Assembly (NCBI GenBank): GCA_002085155.1
Contig: NASX01000020.1
Location: forward strand, 29,518-61,517
Origin: Sorangiineae bacterium NIC37A_2
GTDB taxonomy: Bacteria > Myxococcota_A > Polyangia > Polyangiales > Polyangiaceae
Direction: 5' to 3'
DNA length: 32,000 bases
Part shown: positions 10,063-18,572 of the stretch, piece after piece
Layout of the letters: each line of letters begins with the position of its first letter
How positions within the stretch are numbered: the stretch's first letter is position 1
Program-made: the position numbers and the translations under genes
The notes under the pieces: model-generated
What the model saw: the letters and a program-made list of their open reading frames with translations, nothing else
The model's database searches: none
What the model was told of the DNA's origin: nothing

Positions 10063-10379
10063 AGCCCTCGGAGGAGCTTCGGAATTTCCGAAGAGTGCGA
10101 GGGGGAATGCGAGCGGTTCGAGAGAGGGGCACATTGGGAGGAAGGTGGATGCCTGGTTGACGGTGGATTTTGCCGAAAGAGCATTAGCTAAAGTGTTGAT
10201 TTTTCAAGGACCGGGGCGGAGTGCGAGCGGGTCCAGGGGGCTTGGCATCACCGGACCTCTCGCGATCCGCAGGACGGTGGAACGTCGGGATAGAGAAGAG
10301 AGTATAACTCGCCGTGGGGCCGTTGGGTAGACGATCTCCAGGGGCAGCGTGGAGCTTGGGCGCGAACACTGGCGCGCGA
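10063..10379 (-). promoter_or_regulatory. CRISPR leader between cas2 and the first repeat
   Basis: 317-nt non-coding stretch between the cas2 stop (10382..10380) and the intact leader-proximal repeat. It holds an AT-rich block at 10181-10207. On the minus strand this block reads TTGAAA, then 15 nt, then TAATGC, which is sub-optimal spacing. A perfect palindrome sits at 10077-10093. Confidence 0.6.
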
Positions 10380-10670
10380 TCACACGACGACAGCTAGGCG
10401 CTCGGGATCGATGTACGGCTTCCCTATAGCCTGGATCGCGCTGCCACCGCGGCCTTCGACTCGCCCGAGGGAAGCGAACAAAACTTGATCCTCAGTTGTC
10501 AGGATGATTCCGCTTAGCTTGGTGCGGAGCTCGACCAGCTCCCGATGATTCAACTCACAGCGAAAGACGGAGAGCTGGAGGTGGTCGCCGTATCCCAGCA
10601 TGAGCTTGTAGACCTGCCGCAGGCGTTTCGGGTCGCAGACGTCGTAAGTGACTAGGTACGAGTGGCGCAT
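10380..10670 (-). CDS. cas2: Cas2 adaptation protein
   Basis: 96 aa. MRHSYLVTYDVCDPKRLRQVYKLMLGYGDHLQLSVFRCEL matches the Cas2 N-terminal beta-strand and Asp. AAGGAAA SD lies between the cas1 stop and ATG 10670. Confidence 0.93.
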   Translation of the reverse strand: MRHSYLVTYDVCDPKRLRQVYKLMLGYGDHLQLSVFRCELNHRELVELRTKLSGIILTTEDQVLFASLGRVEGRGGSAIQAIGKPYIDPERLAVVV

Positions 10671-10681
10671 CGTGTTTCCTT

Positions 10682-12547
10682 TCAGCGGACCCGGAATCCC
10701 GGATAGGAAGGTAACTCTCCCAGCAGAGTTCGGGACAGAAGGCGCGCTTGGATCTCAAGGACGCGCCGATAGCTCAGCTTGTAGTCAAAGACGGGATGGG
10801 TCACGAGCTGGTCCATCCGGCGCTCGAAGGCTTGAATGACCTTTTTTCGCGCTGCCTCTTTGAGTGCCACGGCGCCCTGTCCCTGGACGAAGTCCTCGGG
10901 CGAGACGACGCCGGTGTTGATCACCGAAAGGACCGTCGAATCGGCGATGATCGGCCTGAACTCCTCCATGAGGTCGAGGGCGAGGGAAGCCCGCCCGAAG
11001 CGAGGCTGATGGTAGAAGCCGAGTAGAGGGTCAAGCCCGACTGCGTGCGCGGCCATCGTCGTTTCGCGGACGAGGAGGCCGTAGCAGAACGAGAGGAGCG
11101 CATTCACAGGATCCCTCGGAGGGCGACGGTTGCGCGAGTCGAAAGAGAAGGTCGATTCGAGATCGGCCTTGAGCATCCCCGAGAAGGCCTGGAAATAGAC
11201 GCGGGCGGCGGCCCCTTCGATCCCAAGGAGGGAGTCGATGGAGGACGCTTCCTCGGCTTTTCGTGAAAGCTGCTTGAGCTCGCCGAGCGTTACGTTCGAC
11301 GGTTCACGGTGGTTGCGGCGGAGGAGGGTCCTCGAGTTCAGGATCTTGGTCTTCACGACGGATCGCGCAAAGCGAAGGCAGGTGGCAAGATCGCGCGTCG
11401 CGGCGAACTGAGCGCTCTTGAGTTCGACATTCTTTGGCTCGTTGCCGATCGCTCGCCCGAAGACCCATCCACCCGATGTCGCGAATAGGATCGGAATTCC
11501 TTCCTCCATCAGCCGGCGCTGAGCCTGTGCGGTCATTTGGACCGTGCCGAGGAGAGTGACGCTCGAAGTGTTGGTGATGCGGACTTCGGTCGCCTTTTCG
11601 CCGGGGATCGTTACGACGATGCGCTCGCCTACGAGACGGAGCTGCGCTCCGCGGCCGCGGACGTAGAGGGGGATCTTGTCATCTCGGGCGGGAAAGAGCC
11701 GGCGAACAGGACGGTCGAAGTCGGGGCTCGGTTCAGGGCCTGCGAGCCCCCAAGGATCGTCGCCGACATCGAAAGGATTCGGACCCTCTTCGGGCTCTTC
11801 TTCATCACGGAGATCCTTCAAGACGTTCACTTCGTCTGGGAGGCAAATTCCTGAGAGGGAACACCCGAAGCACTTCGGATCGTCGTCGAGAGGAGGGGGA
11901 CATTGACCTCGCAGGGAAAGCTCGCGTGCGCGGGCGACGGCCCGTCGGACGGTCGCTTCGAGATCGGCGGTTTGCTCGACAGGGACTCGACGACGTTCCG
12001 CGGCGAAGTAGAGATCGCCGCCCTCACATTCATAGCCGTGCTCGCGCAGAAGGAGGACTTGCGCCGCGACCTGGGCTCGCTCCGGAAGATAGGGACCGCG
12101 CGGTGGTTCCTTGCCGCGCTTGTATTCGACCGGACGGACCCTGTTCCCGTCGACTTCGACGATGTCGATCTTGGCGGTGATGCCTAGTTTTTCGGAGGAG
12201 AGCCAGACAGAACGCGCGGAATAGGGACGCTCTTCCTCCTCCTTCGGCTCCTCATCTCCGCTTGCCCGAGCTTTCAGCACCTGCGCCTTGGCATCCACGC
12301 GACGATGCACCGCCTTGCCATCGATCGTGTACCGATTGTCGGCCCATTCGCCCTGGACCCATTCGAGATACATGAGCCGCTCACAATAGAGCACTTCGTT
12401 GATCATCCTCGCCGGGACGAGGTCGGGTACGGAGTCTTCTCGCGGAGGAGCAAGAGGTAGGCTCTTCGCTCGCCCGATCGCGATCTCCCCTGAGATCTCT
12501 TCACTCTCATCCGCGCGTCGCGCCGTGCTGTCCTTGGCTTCGCTCAT
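10682..12547 (-). CDS. cas1: Cas4-Cas1 fusion protein (type I-G/I-U style adaptation module)
   Basis: The N-terminal Cas4/RecB part has YCERLMYLEW, DIVEVD...VEYKRGK and CPPPLDDDPKCFGCSLSGIC (4-Cys cluster). The C-terminal Cas1 part has SRNRRPPRDPVNALLSFCYGLL and GFYHQPRFGRASLALDLMEEFRP. Confidence 0.93.
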   Translation of the reverse strand: MSEAKDSTARRADESEEISGEIAIGRAKSLPLAPPREDSVPDLVPARMINEVLYCERLMYLEWVQGEWADNRYTIDGKAVHRRVDAKAQVLKARASGDEEPKEEEERPYSARSVWLSSEKLGITAKIDIVEVDGNRVRPVEYKRGKEPPRGPYLPERAQVAAQVLLLREHGYECEGGDLYFAAERRRVPVEQTADLEATVRRAVARARELSLRGQCPPPLDDDPKCFGCSLSGICLPDEVNVLKDLRDEEEPEEGPNPFDVGDDPWGLAGPEPSPDFDRPVRRLFPARDDKIPLYVRGRGAQLRLVGERIVVTIPGEKATEVRITNTSSVTLLGTVQMTAQAQRRLMEEGIPILFATSGGWVFGRAIGNEPKNVELKSAQFAATRDLATCLRFARSVVKTKILNSRTLLRRNHREPSNVTLGELKQLSRKAEEASSIDSLLGIEGAAARVYFQAFSGMLKADLESTFSFDSRNRRPPRDPVNALLSFCYGLLVRETTMAAHAVGLDPLLGFYHQPRFGRASLALDLMEEFRPIIADSTVLSVINTGVVSPEDFVQGQGAVALKEAARKKVIQAFERRMDQLVTHPVFDYKLSYRRVLEIQARLLSRTLLGELPSYPGFRVR

Positions 12548-12707
12548 TTACCGAAGGGGCTCCTTTCCCCCCTGTGCTCCCAAGAGAGCTCCGGGCTCTG
12601 CTTGGGCAGTGTGAGAAGCTTAGGGGACCAGGGTGACGCGCGAAACTGAACGGATGAGTGTGAGGGGTTCGGATTTCGACCCAAAGCGGAGGAGGGAGCT
12701 TGGGTCC

Positions 12708-13706
12708 CTAGACGGGCCGCGCAGGGGAGAACGTTCCCGTGTAGCCGTCTGCTTTCTTCGTCAGACCTGCCTGGAGGAGAGTCGAGATGCCGAGGGCGCG
12801 ACGCTCTTCGGCTTTGAGCCGTGTGAGGCGGGGGTAGGCGATGAGCGAGCGCACTGCATCGAGGGAGGCAGGGCGATCCCAAAGGGGCCATGTGAAGTCT
12901 CCGTCGAGGCGACGACCGGTGCACCCGGTCATGACGGGGCGGGAGCCCGCGTTCGAAAGAGGAAAGACGCGGAGGGCGCGGAAACCCAGCCATTCGTGAA
13001 CAGGGAGAAAGCCTCGTTGGTAGCCCGTGTAGATAGCTCCGGGCGTGTCAGAGGCGGGGTCCCAATCGAGGGTGCGCGGAGCCGCATAGTCGACTGCTCC
13101 CAGACGAAGTGCTTGTTCGATGCCGCCTGGGGTCAAATGAGCTCGAATGAGTTCGACTTGCTCCAAAAACTGCGCATTGCGCGCGGTGAGGTCGAAGAAG
13201 GAGCGTTCGACGGTGAGAGCCATGGCGACATCCGGGTCGACGGGGATACCGAGCGAGACGTGGTCCGCCGCTGTAGCGGGCTTCTTGTTGACCTCCGTGA
13301 CGCCGTCGCAGAACAGCGCGGCGGCATAGGCGAGTGATTCTTCGTCCTCTGCGCTCCGACGAGCGTTCGACCAAGCGCGCACGACCGCGAGCGGTGCTTT
13401 TAGCCCTCCGACAGCCTTCGGCCCTTGCTTCTCTTGCTTGACGTACCGGAAGCTGAGCAGAGGAGACTCACTCCAGCGCTTGCAATCCTCGTGGATCGCC
13501 TGAGCCAAACCCTCGAACGACTCGGCGCCATGGAGCACAGGGCGCCAGGCATCAAGCTGCTTCCACGACAGGCGCGGAGGCGGGCCGCCTTGAAGGTGCG
13601 CGTCGTCGAGAACCTGCAAGAGTCCGAGCGCAGCCAAGAAGCCGAGTGGGGTGCCACCGTCGATTCCGGGTATCGTGAGATCTGCGTCCTTGTTGTTGTC
13701 GCTCAT
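12708..13706 (-). CDS. cas8u: Candidate type I-G/I-U large subunit (Cas8u, Csb3/GSU0052-like or Csx17-like), 332 aa
   Basis: I chose ATG 13706..13704, which overlaps the cas3 stop TGA 13705..13703 (ATGA). The longer track ORF from 13988 lies inside cas3. The position directly after cas3 matches I-G/I-U. N-terminus GIDGGTPLGFLAALGLLQVL and C-terminus FTWPLWDRPASLDAVRSLI resemble what I recall of the Cas8u families. The family call comes from memory and gene position only. Confidence 0.55.
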   Translation of the reverse strand: MSDNNKDADLTIPGIDGGTPLGFLAALGLLQVLDDAHLQGGPPPRLSWKQLDAWRPVLHGAESFEGLAQAIHEDCKRWSESPLLSFRYVKQEKQGPKAVGGLKAPLAVVRAWSNARRSAEDEESLAYAAALFCDGVTEVNKKPATAADHVSLGIPVDPDVAMALTVERSFFDLTARNAQFLEQVELIRAHLTPGGIEQALRLGAVDYAAPRTLDWDPASDTPGAIYTGYQRGFLPVHEWLGFRALRVFPLSNAGSRPVMTGCTGRRLDGDFTWPLWDRPASLDAVRSLIAYPRLTRLKAEERRALGISTLLQAGLTKKADGYTGTFSPARPV

Positions 13707-16700
13707 GGCTCCTCCTTCGGGGACTCTTTTTCGCTCTCTCGATGGTCGGCGAGCCGCAAAATGGCTTCGAGCCAGGCCAGGCCAAAGTGCCCGTACTTTC
13801 GCGTGAGCAGCCAGAAACGTTCGGCAATGCCCGAGTCGAAGCGTTCGAGACCATGAGCTGAGGAGCTGCTGAGGGTCATGCCGTCGAGCTCCATGGACAC
13901 CGTTTGTGGTTCCGGATCGAGGACCGGAGGTGCAAACGGTCGACACCATCCATGATGCGAAGCTACGAGATGCAACACGAGATCCCAATCATGGGCCTGG
14001 TCTCGGAGCGAGATGTTGTTTTGAGCGAGGGCAACGGACAAGAGCTCATGGCGCATGCCCTTCGGGTATCCGGAGCGCTGGTAAGCGCGATCTCTTGTGG
14101 CCTGATCGGTCGCCTGAACGGCTGACTTCGCCAAGAGTACTGGCGCGGCGGCCTCTTTCACCTCGTCCCCTCCGTGAAGGAGCAACTGGAAGCGCCGATC
14201 GGCTTTGCCGAGATCGTGAATATATCCGGCAAGCGCGAGATCTTCGGTGAGCTCTTGGGGAAGGCTCAAGGCAAGCGCGAAACGGCGAGCGAAACCGCGG
14301 ACTCCCTCGAGGTGAGTCGTGAGAGAAACGGCCTCACCGAGGAAGCTGCCTTCGTCGTCTTCTGTGGACGAGTCGGCAGCGTCGCTCACAATGGGCGCAT
14401 GTCGGAGCTCGGGCAAGCCGAGAAGTTCCCGGAGTGCTGATGGTGGCACAGGGCGCTTGTGCGCTTGGGCGCGCCAGGCAAGGTCTTGGCCGGCATCCTT
14501 GTCTGTGGGGGCGCGGAACAGCCCGACGCATTGTGTATGGCTTCCGCGCACGAGATGACCAAGGGCAACGCGAGCCCAGGCTGGCGCATTCGGTTGGGCA
14601 AGCACCTGTTCCCGCCATTCGCGGAAAGCTGCTCGCTCCGCGGCAGTTCCGCTTTCATCTAAGTCTCCGGTGAGGACTCGGGGCCCGCTCGGTGCTGCTG
14701 CGTCCCGGATCCAACCCTTCACGACGTCCGGGTGCCAGCGGAGTACGGCGCGGCCCTTTTGTAGGAGTTGCGCCTCATCACCGCGATCGACTACGGGGGT
14801 AGTGCCTGCAGGGTCCCACGAAGCGAACTTCGCATCCAATCCGCCGTATCGGCTCGGCACGACGAGCGTGAGCCCTGGCTTCAAGTCATCTGCATCTGTG
14901 AGCAGCCGCACCTCGCCGCCGCGCCACACGAGAGCAGGGGCGAGAGGAGATTCTTCGAGGTCTGGAGCGCTTGCTCCTTCGACATCGGCGAGTGAGACTT
15001 CAGCGCCAGTCACAATGGCATCACTGCGACCTCGGGCAGCTACCACGCCGAGCCATTGTTTCGCCGCCCAGAGCGGCACGCTGAGGGCTTCGAGCGAGCT
15101 CGGACGGACGAGTTCGAGCACGTCCCGGAGCTTCGGGAGGTTCTCTTGAATCAGGTCGGCGGCGGAGATGTCTGCCCTCCAGACAATCTGGACCTCGGCG
15201 GTGGTCCGGCCGATTCCATGGAGAAAGGGCGCGACGGGAGGGTCGGCATGGGGAGCGGGGGACGTTTGCGCCCAGCGCTCGAGGTGGCTCGAAGTGAGCA
15301 CGGGAGCCACGGAGCGCGGCGCAACAAGGGCGGTCTTCTCGTTCGGTTCGAGCCCTTGCAGCAAGGTGTTCATCGTGTCGATGCCAAAGTCGACCACGGA
15401 ACCGTCTTGTTCATTCGACTTCGTGGCGACTCGGTTCAGGAAGTTCCAAGTATTGAGGAGGGCAGTGCCGTAAATGGGGTCGGGTTCGGCTTTCTCGTCG
15501 ACGCTCCCGGAGCCGGCCAAGATGACCGCCTCCGTTGAGCCCAGGTCACCCAGGCGATCTAGGCGACCAAACCGCTGCCGAAGAGCATCGAGGCTTGCGC
15601 ACTCGGTGATGAGCGCGTCGAAGTCAAAGTCGGCGCCCGCCTCGATGGCTTGCGTCGAAACGACAAGCAGGCGAGGGGAGTCGCTCCTTCTGGTGCGGCC
15701 CGCCATGACCTGCTCGAGTAAGGCGCTCTGCTTCTCGAGCCGGTCCAAAGGACGCATGCGCCCGGTCAGCAGACGCACCGTCCAGTCTTGATTCATCGCG
15801 TCTTCAGCCTGCGAAGCGATCTTTCGAGCTGTTTCGACGCGATTGACGATGATGGCGATGGCCCGAGCGCTGCCTTTGCCGAGGCGCTCCGCTTCGCGCA
15901 CCGCCGCCTTAGCCAGGGCCTCTCCGGCTTTCACCGGGTCGCGGGGCGTATTCACCTGGCGGAGCAGGGCCGTTTTCTTCCCGATGAGTCGGGCGTTCAG
16001 ATGTGGGTTTTCACGGTCCTTCGCGATGAGCCCGAAGGTGTCGTCCGAAGGGCTGGCGACCGTCGCCGACATGCGCACGAACTGGAGAGGACGGGAGAGA
16101 GAAGCGCTCGCTCCCTTCGTGTACCATTTGGTGAGCGCACCGAGAGTCTCCTCAAAGGGGCGTGCGAGATGCACCTCATCGAGCAGGAGCAACGTGTCAG
16201 ATCCGAGGAGCCCTGCGTGCACCGAGCGCATGCGGTCGGAGACGCCATAACCGCGGAACAAGAGACGTGAACCCACCTGGTCGACCGTGGAGGTGAGAAT
16301 GACGGGTTGGCTCGGAGACTTGGCCCACTCCGATTCGCGCGGCATGCCTCCGCGCAAGATCGCGGGCAAAAGCGGGAGCCCATCGCGGTTGCCCGACAGG
16401 TCGCGCAGGGCCTTGGCCGCGTCCCGGAGGATGCCGTCCTTGGCCTCATTGAGCTTCTTCGCGATAGCCGCGGCACGCTCGAAAGCCTGATCGACAACAA
16501 CCCGCCTGTCCACGACAAGCACGATGCGCCGCGATTGCTTTCGTTCCGCGGGGGGACGCGCAGCATCTAGCGCGAGCGCAAACACGGCGATATCGAGCGT
16601 GGCCGTCTTTCCCGCGCCTGTCGGCAAGTCGAGAGTCGAAGGCCAACCAGTCGCGTGAACACGTTCGAGCAGCCGCGTCTGCCAGTCGAAGGGCTCACGG

Positions 16701-16744
16701 CCCCAAAGGGCTTGGAAGAAGGCGGGGAAGGAGGAGGGAGTCAT
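13703..16744 (-). CDS. cas3: Cas3 helicase-nuclease of I-G/I-U architecture (N-terminal SF2 helicase, C-terminal HD domain)
   Basis: Walker A LDLPTGAGKTAT and DEAH box LLLLDEVH. The C-terminal HD motifs are LAGYIHDLGKADRRFQ and HLVASHHG. N-terminus FFQALWGREPFDWQ. Confidence 0.92.
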   Translation of the reverse strand: MTPSSFPAFFQALWGREPFDWQTRLLERVHATGWPSTLDLPTGAGKTATLDIAVFALALDAARPPAERKQSRRIVLVVDRRVVVDQAFERAAAIAKKLNEAKDGILRDAAKALRDLSGNRDGLPLLPAILRGGMPRESEWAKSPSQPVILTSTVDQVGSRLLFRGYGVSDRMRSVHAGLLGSDTLLLLDEVHLARPFEETLGALTKWYTKGASASLSRPLQFVRMSATVASPSDDTFGLIAKDRENPHLNARLIGKKTALLRQVNTPRDPVKAGEALAKAAVREAERLGKGSARAIAIIVNRVETARKIASQAEDAMNQDWTVRLLTGRMRPLDRLEKQSALLEQVMAGRTRRSDSPRLLVVSTQAIEAGADFDFDALITECASLDALRQRFGRLDRLGDLGSTEAVILAGSGSVDEKAEPDPIYGTALLNTWNFLNRVATKSNEQDGSVVDFGIDTMNTLLQGLEPNEKTALVAPRSVAPVLTSSHLERWAQTSPAPHADPPVAPFLHGIGRTTAEVQIVWRADISAADLIQENLPKLRDVLELVRPSSLEALSVPLWAAKQWLGVVAARGRSDAIVTGAEVSLADVEGASAPDLEESPLAPALVWRGGEVRLLTDADDLKPGLTLVVPSRYGGLDAKFASWDPAGTTPVVDRGDEAQLLQKGRAVLRWHPDVVKGWIRDAAAPSGPRVLTGDLDESGTAAERAAFREWREQVLAQPNAPAWARVALGHLVRGSHTQCVGLFRAPTDKDAGQDLAWRAQAHKRPVPPSALRELLGLPELRHAPIVSDAADSSTEDDEGSFLGEAVSLTTHLEGVRGFARRFALALSLPQELTEDLALAGYIHDLGKADRRFQLLLHGGDEVKEAAAPVLLAKSAVQATDQATRDRAYQRSGYPKGMRHELLSVALAQNNISLRDQAHDWDLVLHLVASHHGWCRPFAPPVLDPEPQTVSMELDGMTLSSSSAHGLERFDSGIAERFWLLTRKYGHFGLAWLEAILRLADHRESEKESPKEEP

Positions 16745-16867
16745 TTCTTGGTTGCCTTTCGTGCGCGAGGCGCCTCACGCGCGCGGTGCTCAGTACTTCT
16801 GGAGCGCGACTGTGCGGTTGGTCGGGGCTCGTCCAGTGCCGCTGCCTTCTCTTCCCCTTGTCGAACT

Positions 16868-16893
16868 CAATTCCCTCGAATTCGAGGAAGTTG
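16868..16893. promoter_or_regulatory. Imperfect 26-bp palindrome (perfect 14-bp core CCTCGAATTCGAGG) in the orf106-cas3 gap; candidate operator
   Basis: CAATTCCCTCGAA|TTCGAGGAAGTTG. The arms pair at 11 of 13 positions, the first 7 perfectly. It lies about 125-150 nt upstream of the cas3 ATG (16744). This is one of only two sizeable intergenic gaps in the cas cluster. Confidence 0.3.
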
Positions 16894-16986
16894 AACCGGG
16901 GTTGTGGCTGCGGTTGGGGCAATAGAGGCTCGGCATGTGATCCTTCACTCTGAGCCACTTCCAGACGAGTAGGGCATGACGAATAG

Positions 16987-17307
16987 TCATAGATGGCCAG
17001 CCAGATAGTCGAACACGAAATCTCCGCCGTCTTCGTAATGCCCTAATAGCCGCCCCGTGGCACCGTCGCTCCATGCGTACAGTTCGTGCGTGCTGCCAGG
17101 TACCGGATCACCTTTTAGCTTCTTGAACGTACGCGATTTCGGAAGCGGGCGCCGGAGGTCAACGTGTGCGTCCTCGTCAAGAGAAGCTAGGCGCGAAGGA
17201 TCCGACTCCTCGTTCGTTACCTTCGGTGACCAAGCGAGGTCGCTCATGCCCGCGCCGTTTGTGAGCAGGCTAGTACCCTGGGCGGAGTGCAGGCATCGAT
17301 TCGTCAT
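16987..17307 (-). CDS. Hypothetical 106-aa protein, no recognised family
   Basis: ATG 17307..17305 overlaps the CARF-HEPN stop 17306..17304 (ATGA). By my hand count 38 of 106 codons end in A/T, visibly more than in flanking cas genes, so coding status is uncertain. Confidence 0.4.
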   Translation of the reverse strand: MTNRCLHSAQGTSLLTNGAGMSDLAWSPKVTNEESDPSRLASLDEDAHVDLRRPLPKSRTFKKLKGDPVPGSTHELYAWSDGATGRLLGHYEDGGDFVFDYLAGHL

Positions 17308-18572
17308 GGTTTGCCCAAAGCCAGCTCAGGGAAGAACGGCAGGCTCGCTTCGTCGACGTTCGCGAGGGAGAGCGCGTCGCCCCACAGTCTTTCGAAGACG
17401 GGGCCTGCCACGGGCACGAAGCCATGGGCGAGGATGGAGCGGTTGCGGGCGACGAGACGTGACTTCGGACCGCTCAGCCCGGCGGTCCGGAACTTCTGAC
17501 CAAGAGGATCACCCAGGGCTTCAAGCAGAGCGTAATCGTCCTGGAGGCCAAGCGAGACAACGCCATCGTTCGCGCGCGCTGCCCACATCGTTCGCAGGGA
17601 TTCAGGGACCTTCTCCAGTGGGACTTCCTCGGTGCTCTCGATGCCATGCCCTTCCTTGAGCGCGACCTGTGCGATGGCCTCGAGAGCGCGATAAAGGCGC
17701 GCGGTAGCGTCGTCGAATCGCCCTTCGTCCTTGCGTCGCTTCGCGTTGGCCAGGAGATCGAGAACATGATGACTGCTCGGAGGCTGCGCCTCTAGCAATT
17801 GCCCGAGATGCGTCATTAGCTGAGCAGCGCCCGCGAGCACCCGTTCGCTTCTGGTCGGGCCGAGCACGGCACGCAGATCGTTCGCTGACTTGCTAACGCT
17901 CTCGAGCCGGTTCTTGCTGGTCGTGTGATCGAAGCGGTCCCACGCATCGAGCGCCTTCGCGAGCTGCTCGAGGGATGACAGCTCGCGCTTTCGGTCGGGG
18001 CGGCTCACGCGCTTCATCGTCACGGCGGCGATGTTCGCCGCCGCGAGGTAGGCGTGCTGGTCGAACAGCACGACGAAGTCGTCCACGGCTTGGTGGCCGA
18101 GTGCGTCCCACGGGTTCTGTGCGTGACGGACAATCTCCGAGCCGGAGACCACGACGCCCACGCCGTCCTTGGTGCGCTCATTGCCGCCCACGTACGAGAA
18201 CACGCAGGGCCAGCGACTCGCCTGGATACCGATCGCCGCCGACATGCACTTGGTGCCGCCCGTAAGATCGACCACGACCTGGAAGGATTCGCCACGCGCT
18301 GCCCACTCAGCAACGACGGGCGTCAACTGCCGCAGGTGGTCGAGGCAGCTCGCGAGATCCTGCCCCTCGGGGAGCTCGAACAGGTCGTACCTGCCCGCAT
18401 CGAGATCCACGCCCTCTGCGCGCGCCATCGGAACGACCTTCGACGCGACATCGTCCTTCGTTTGTGGCGTGTGAACGAACCTGACGCGCACGGGGCGCCA
18501 CTGCTTGAGCGCCGCGACGATCGGCTCGTGGCTGCTTCCGACGGTGCAGATCAACAGGGTTGAGCTGCTCAC
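17304..18572 (-). CDS. CARF-HEPN ancillary protein (Csx1/Csm6-like, resembles the TIGR02710 family); predicted cOA-activated RNase
   Basis: CARF-like N-terminus LLICTVGSS ... VVDLTGGTKCMSAA. C-terminal HEPN motif ARNRSILAHGF (R-x4-H). I chose GTG 18572..18570. It is preceded by AGGAGG (18584..18579) with a 6-nt spacer and overlaps the cmr6 stop (GTGA). The track start at 18605 is also a GTG and adds 11 aa. Confidence 0.8.
   Translation of the reverse strand: MSSSTLLICTVGSSHEPIVAALKQWRPVRVRFVHTPQTKDDVASKVVPMARAEGVDLDAGRYDLFELPEGQDLASCLDHLRQLTPVVAEWAARGESFQVVVDLTGGTKCMSAAIGIQASRWPCVFSYVGGNERTKDGVGVVVSGSEIVRHAQNPWDALGHQAVDDFVVLFDQHAYLAAANIAAVTMKRVSRPDRKRELSSLEQLAKALDAWDRFDHTTSKNRLESVSKSANDLRAVLGPTRSERVLAGAAQLMTHLGQLLEAQPPSSHHVLDLLANAKRRKDEGRFDDATARLYRALEAIAQVALKEGHGIESTEEVPLEKVPESLRTMWAARANDGVVSLGLQDDYALLEALGDPLGQKFRTAGLSGPKSRLVARNRSILAHGFVPVAGPVFERLWGDALSLANVDEASLPFFPELALGKP

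Noticed and set aside
10181-10207. A clean sigma70 promoter in the leader
   Set aside because: TTGAAA and TAATGC are only 15 nt apart, and no better -10 sits at 16-18 nt. I kept this only as an AT-rich candidate region within the leader feature, not as a called promoter.
6670-10330. About 20 short + and - ORFs inside the array (for example 6750..7379, 9335..9676, 9559..10047) with recurring peptides FNGALVSSREK / LQWGSREFTREG
   Set aside because: They are translations of the 36-nt CRISPR repeat in different frames. Their periodicity equals the repeat-spacer unit, so they are not genes.
12544-12993. Minus ORF 12544..12993 (149 aa) spanning the cas8u 3' end and the intergenic gap
   Set aside because: It is out of frame with cas8u over most of its length, has a Pro/Arg/Ser-rich translation and shows no SD.
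13707-13988. N-terminal extensions of track ORFs (cas8u from 13988, cmr1 from 25450, cas10 from 23978, cmr3 from 22239, cmr5 from 20271, the secreted protein from 6572)
   Set aside because: The extensions lie inside the preceding gene and read as Arg/Ser-rich junk. Internal starts coincide with stop/start overlaps or SD sequences and with the conserved family N-termini.
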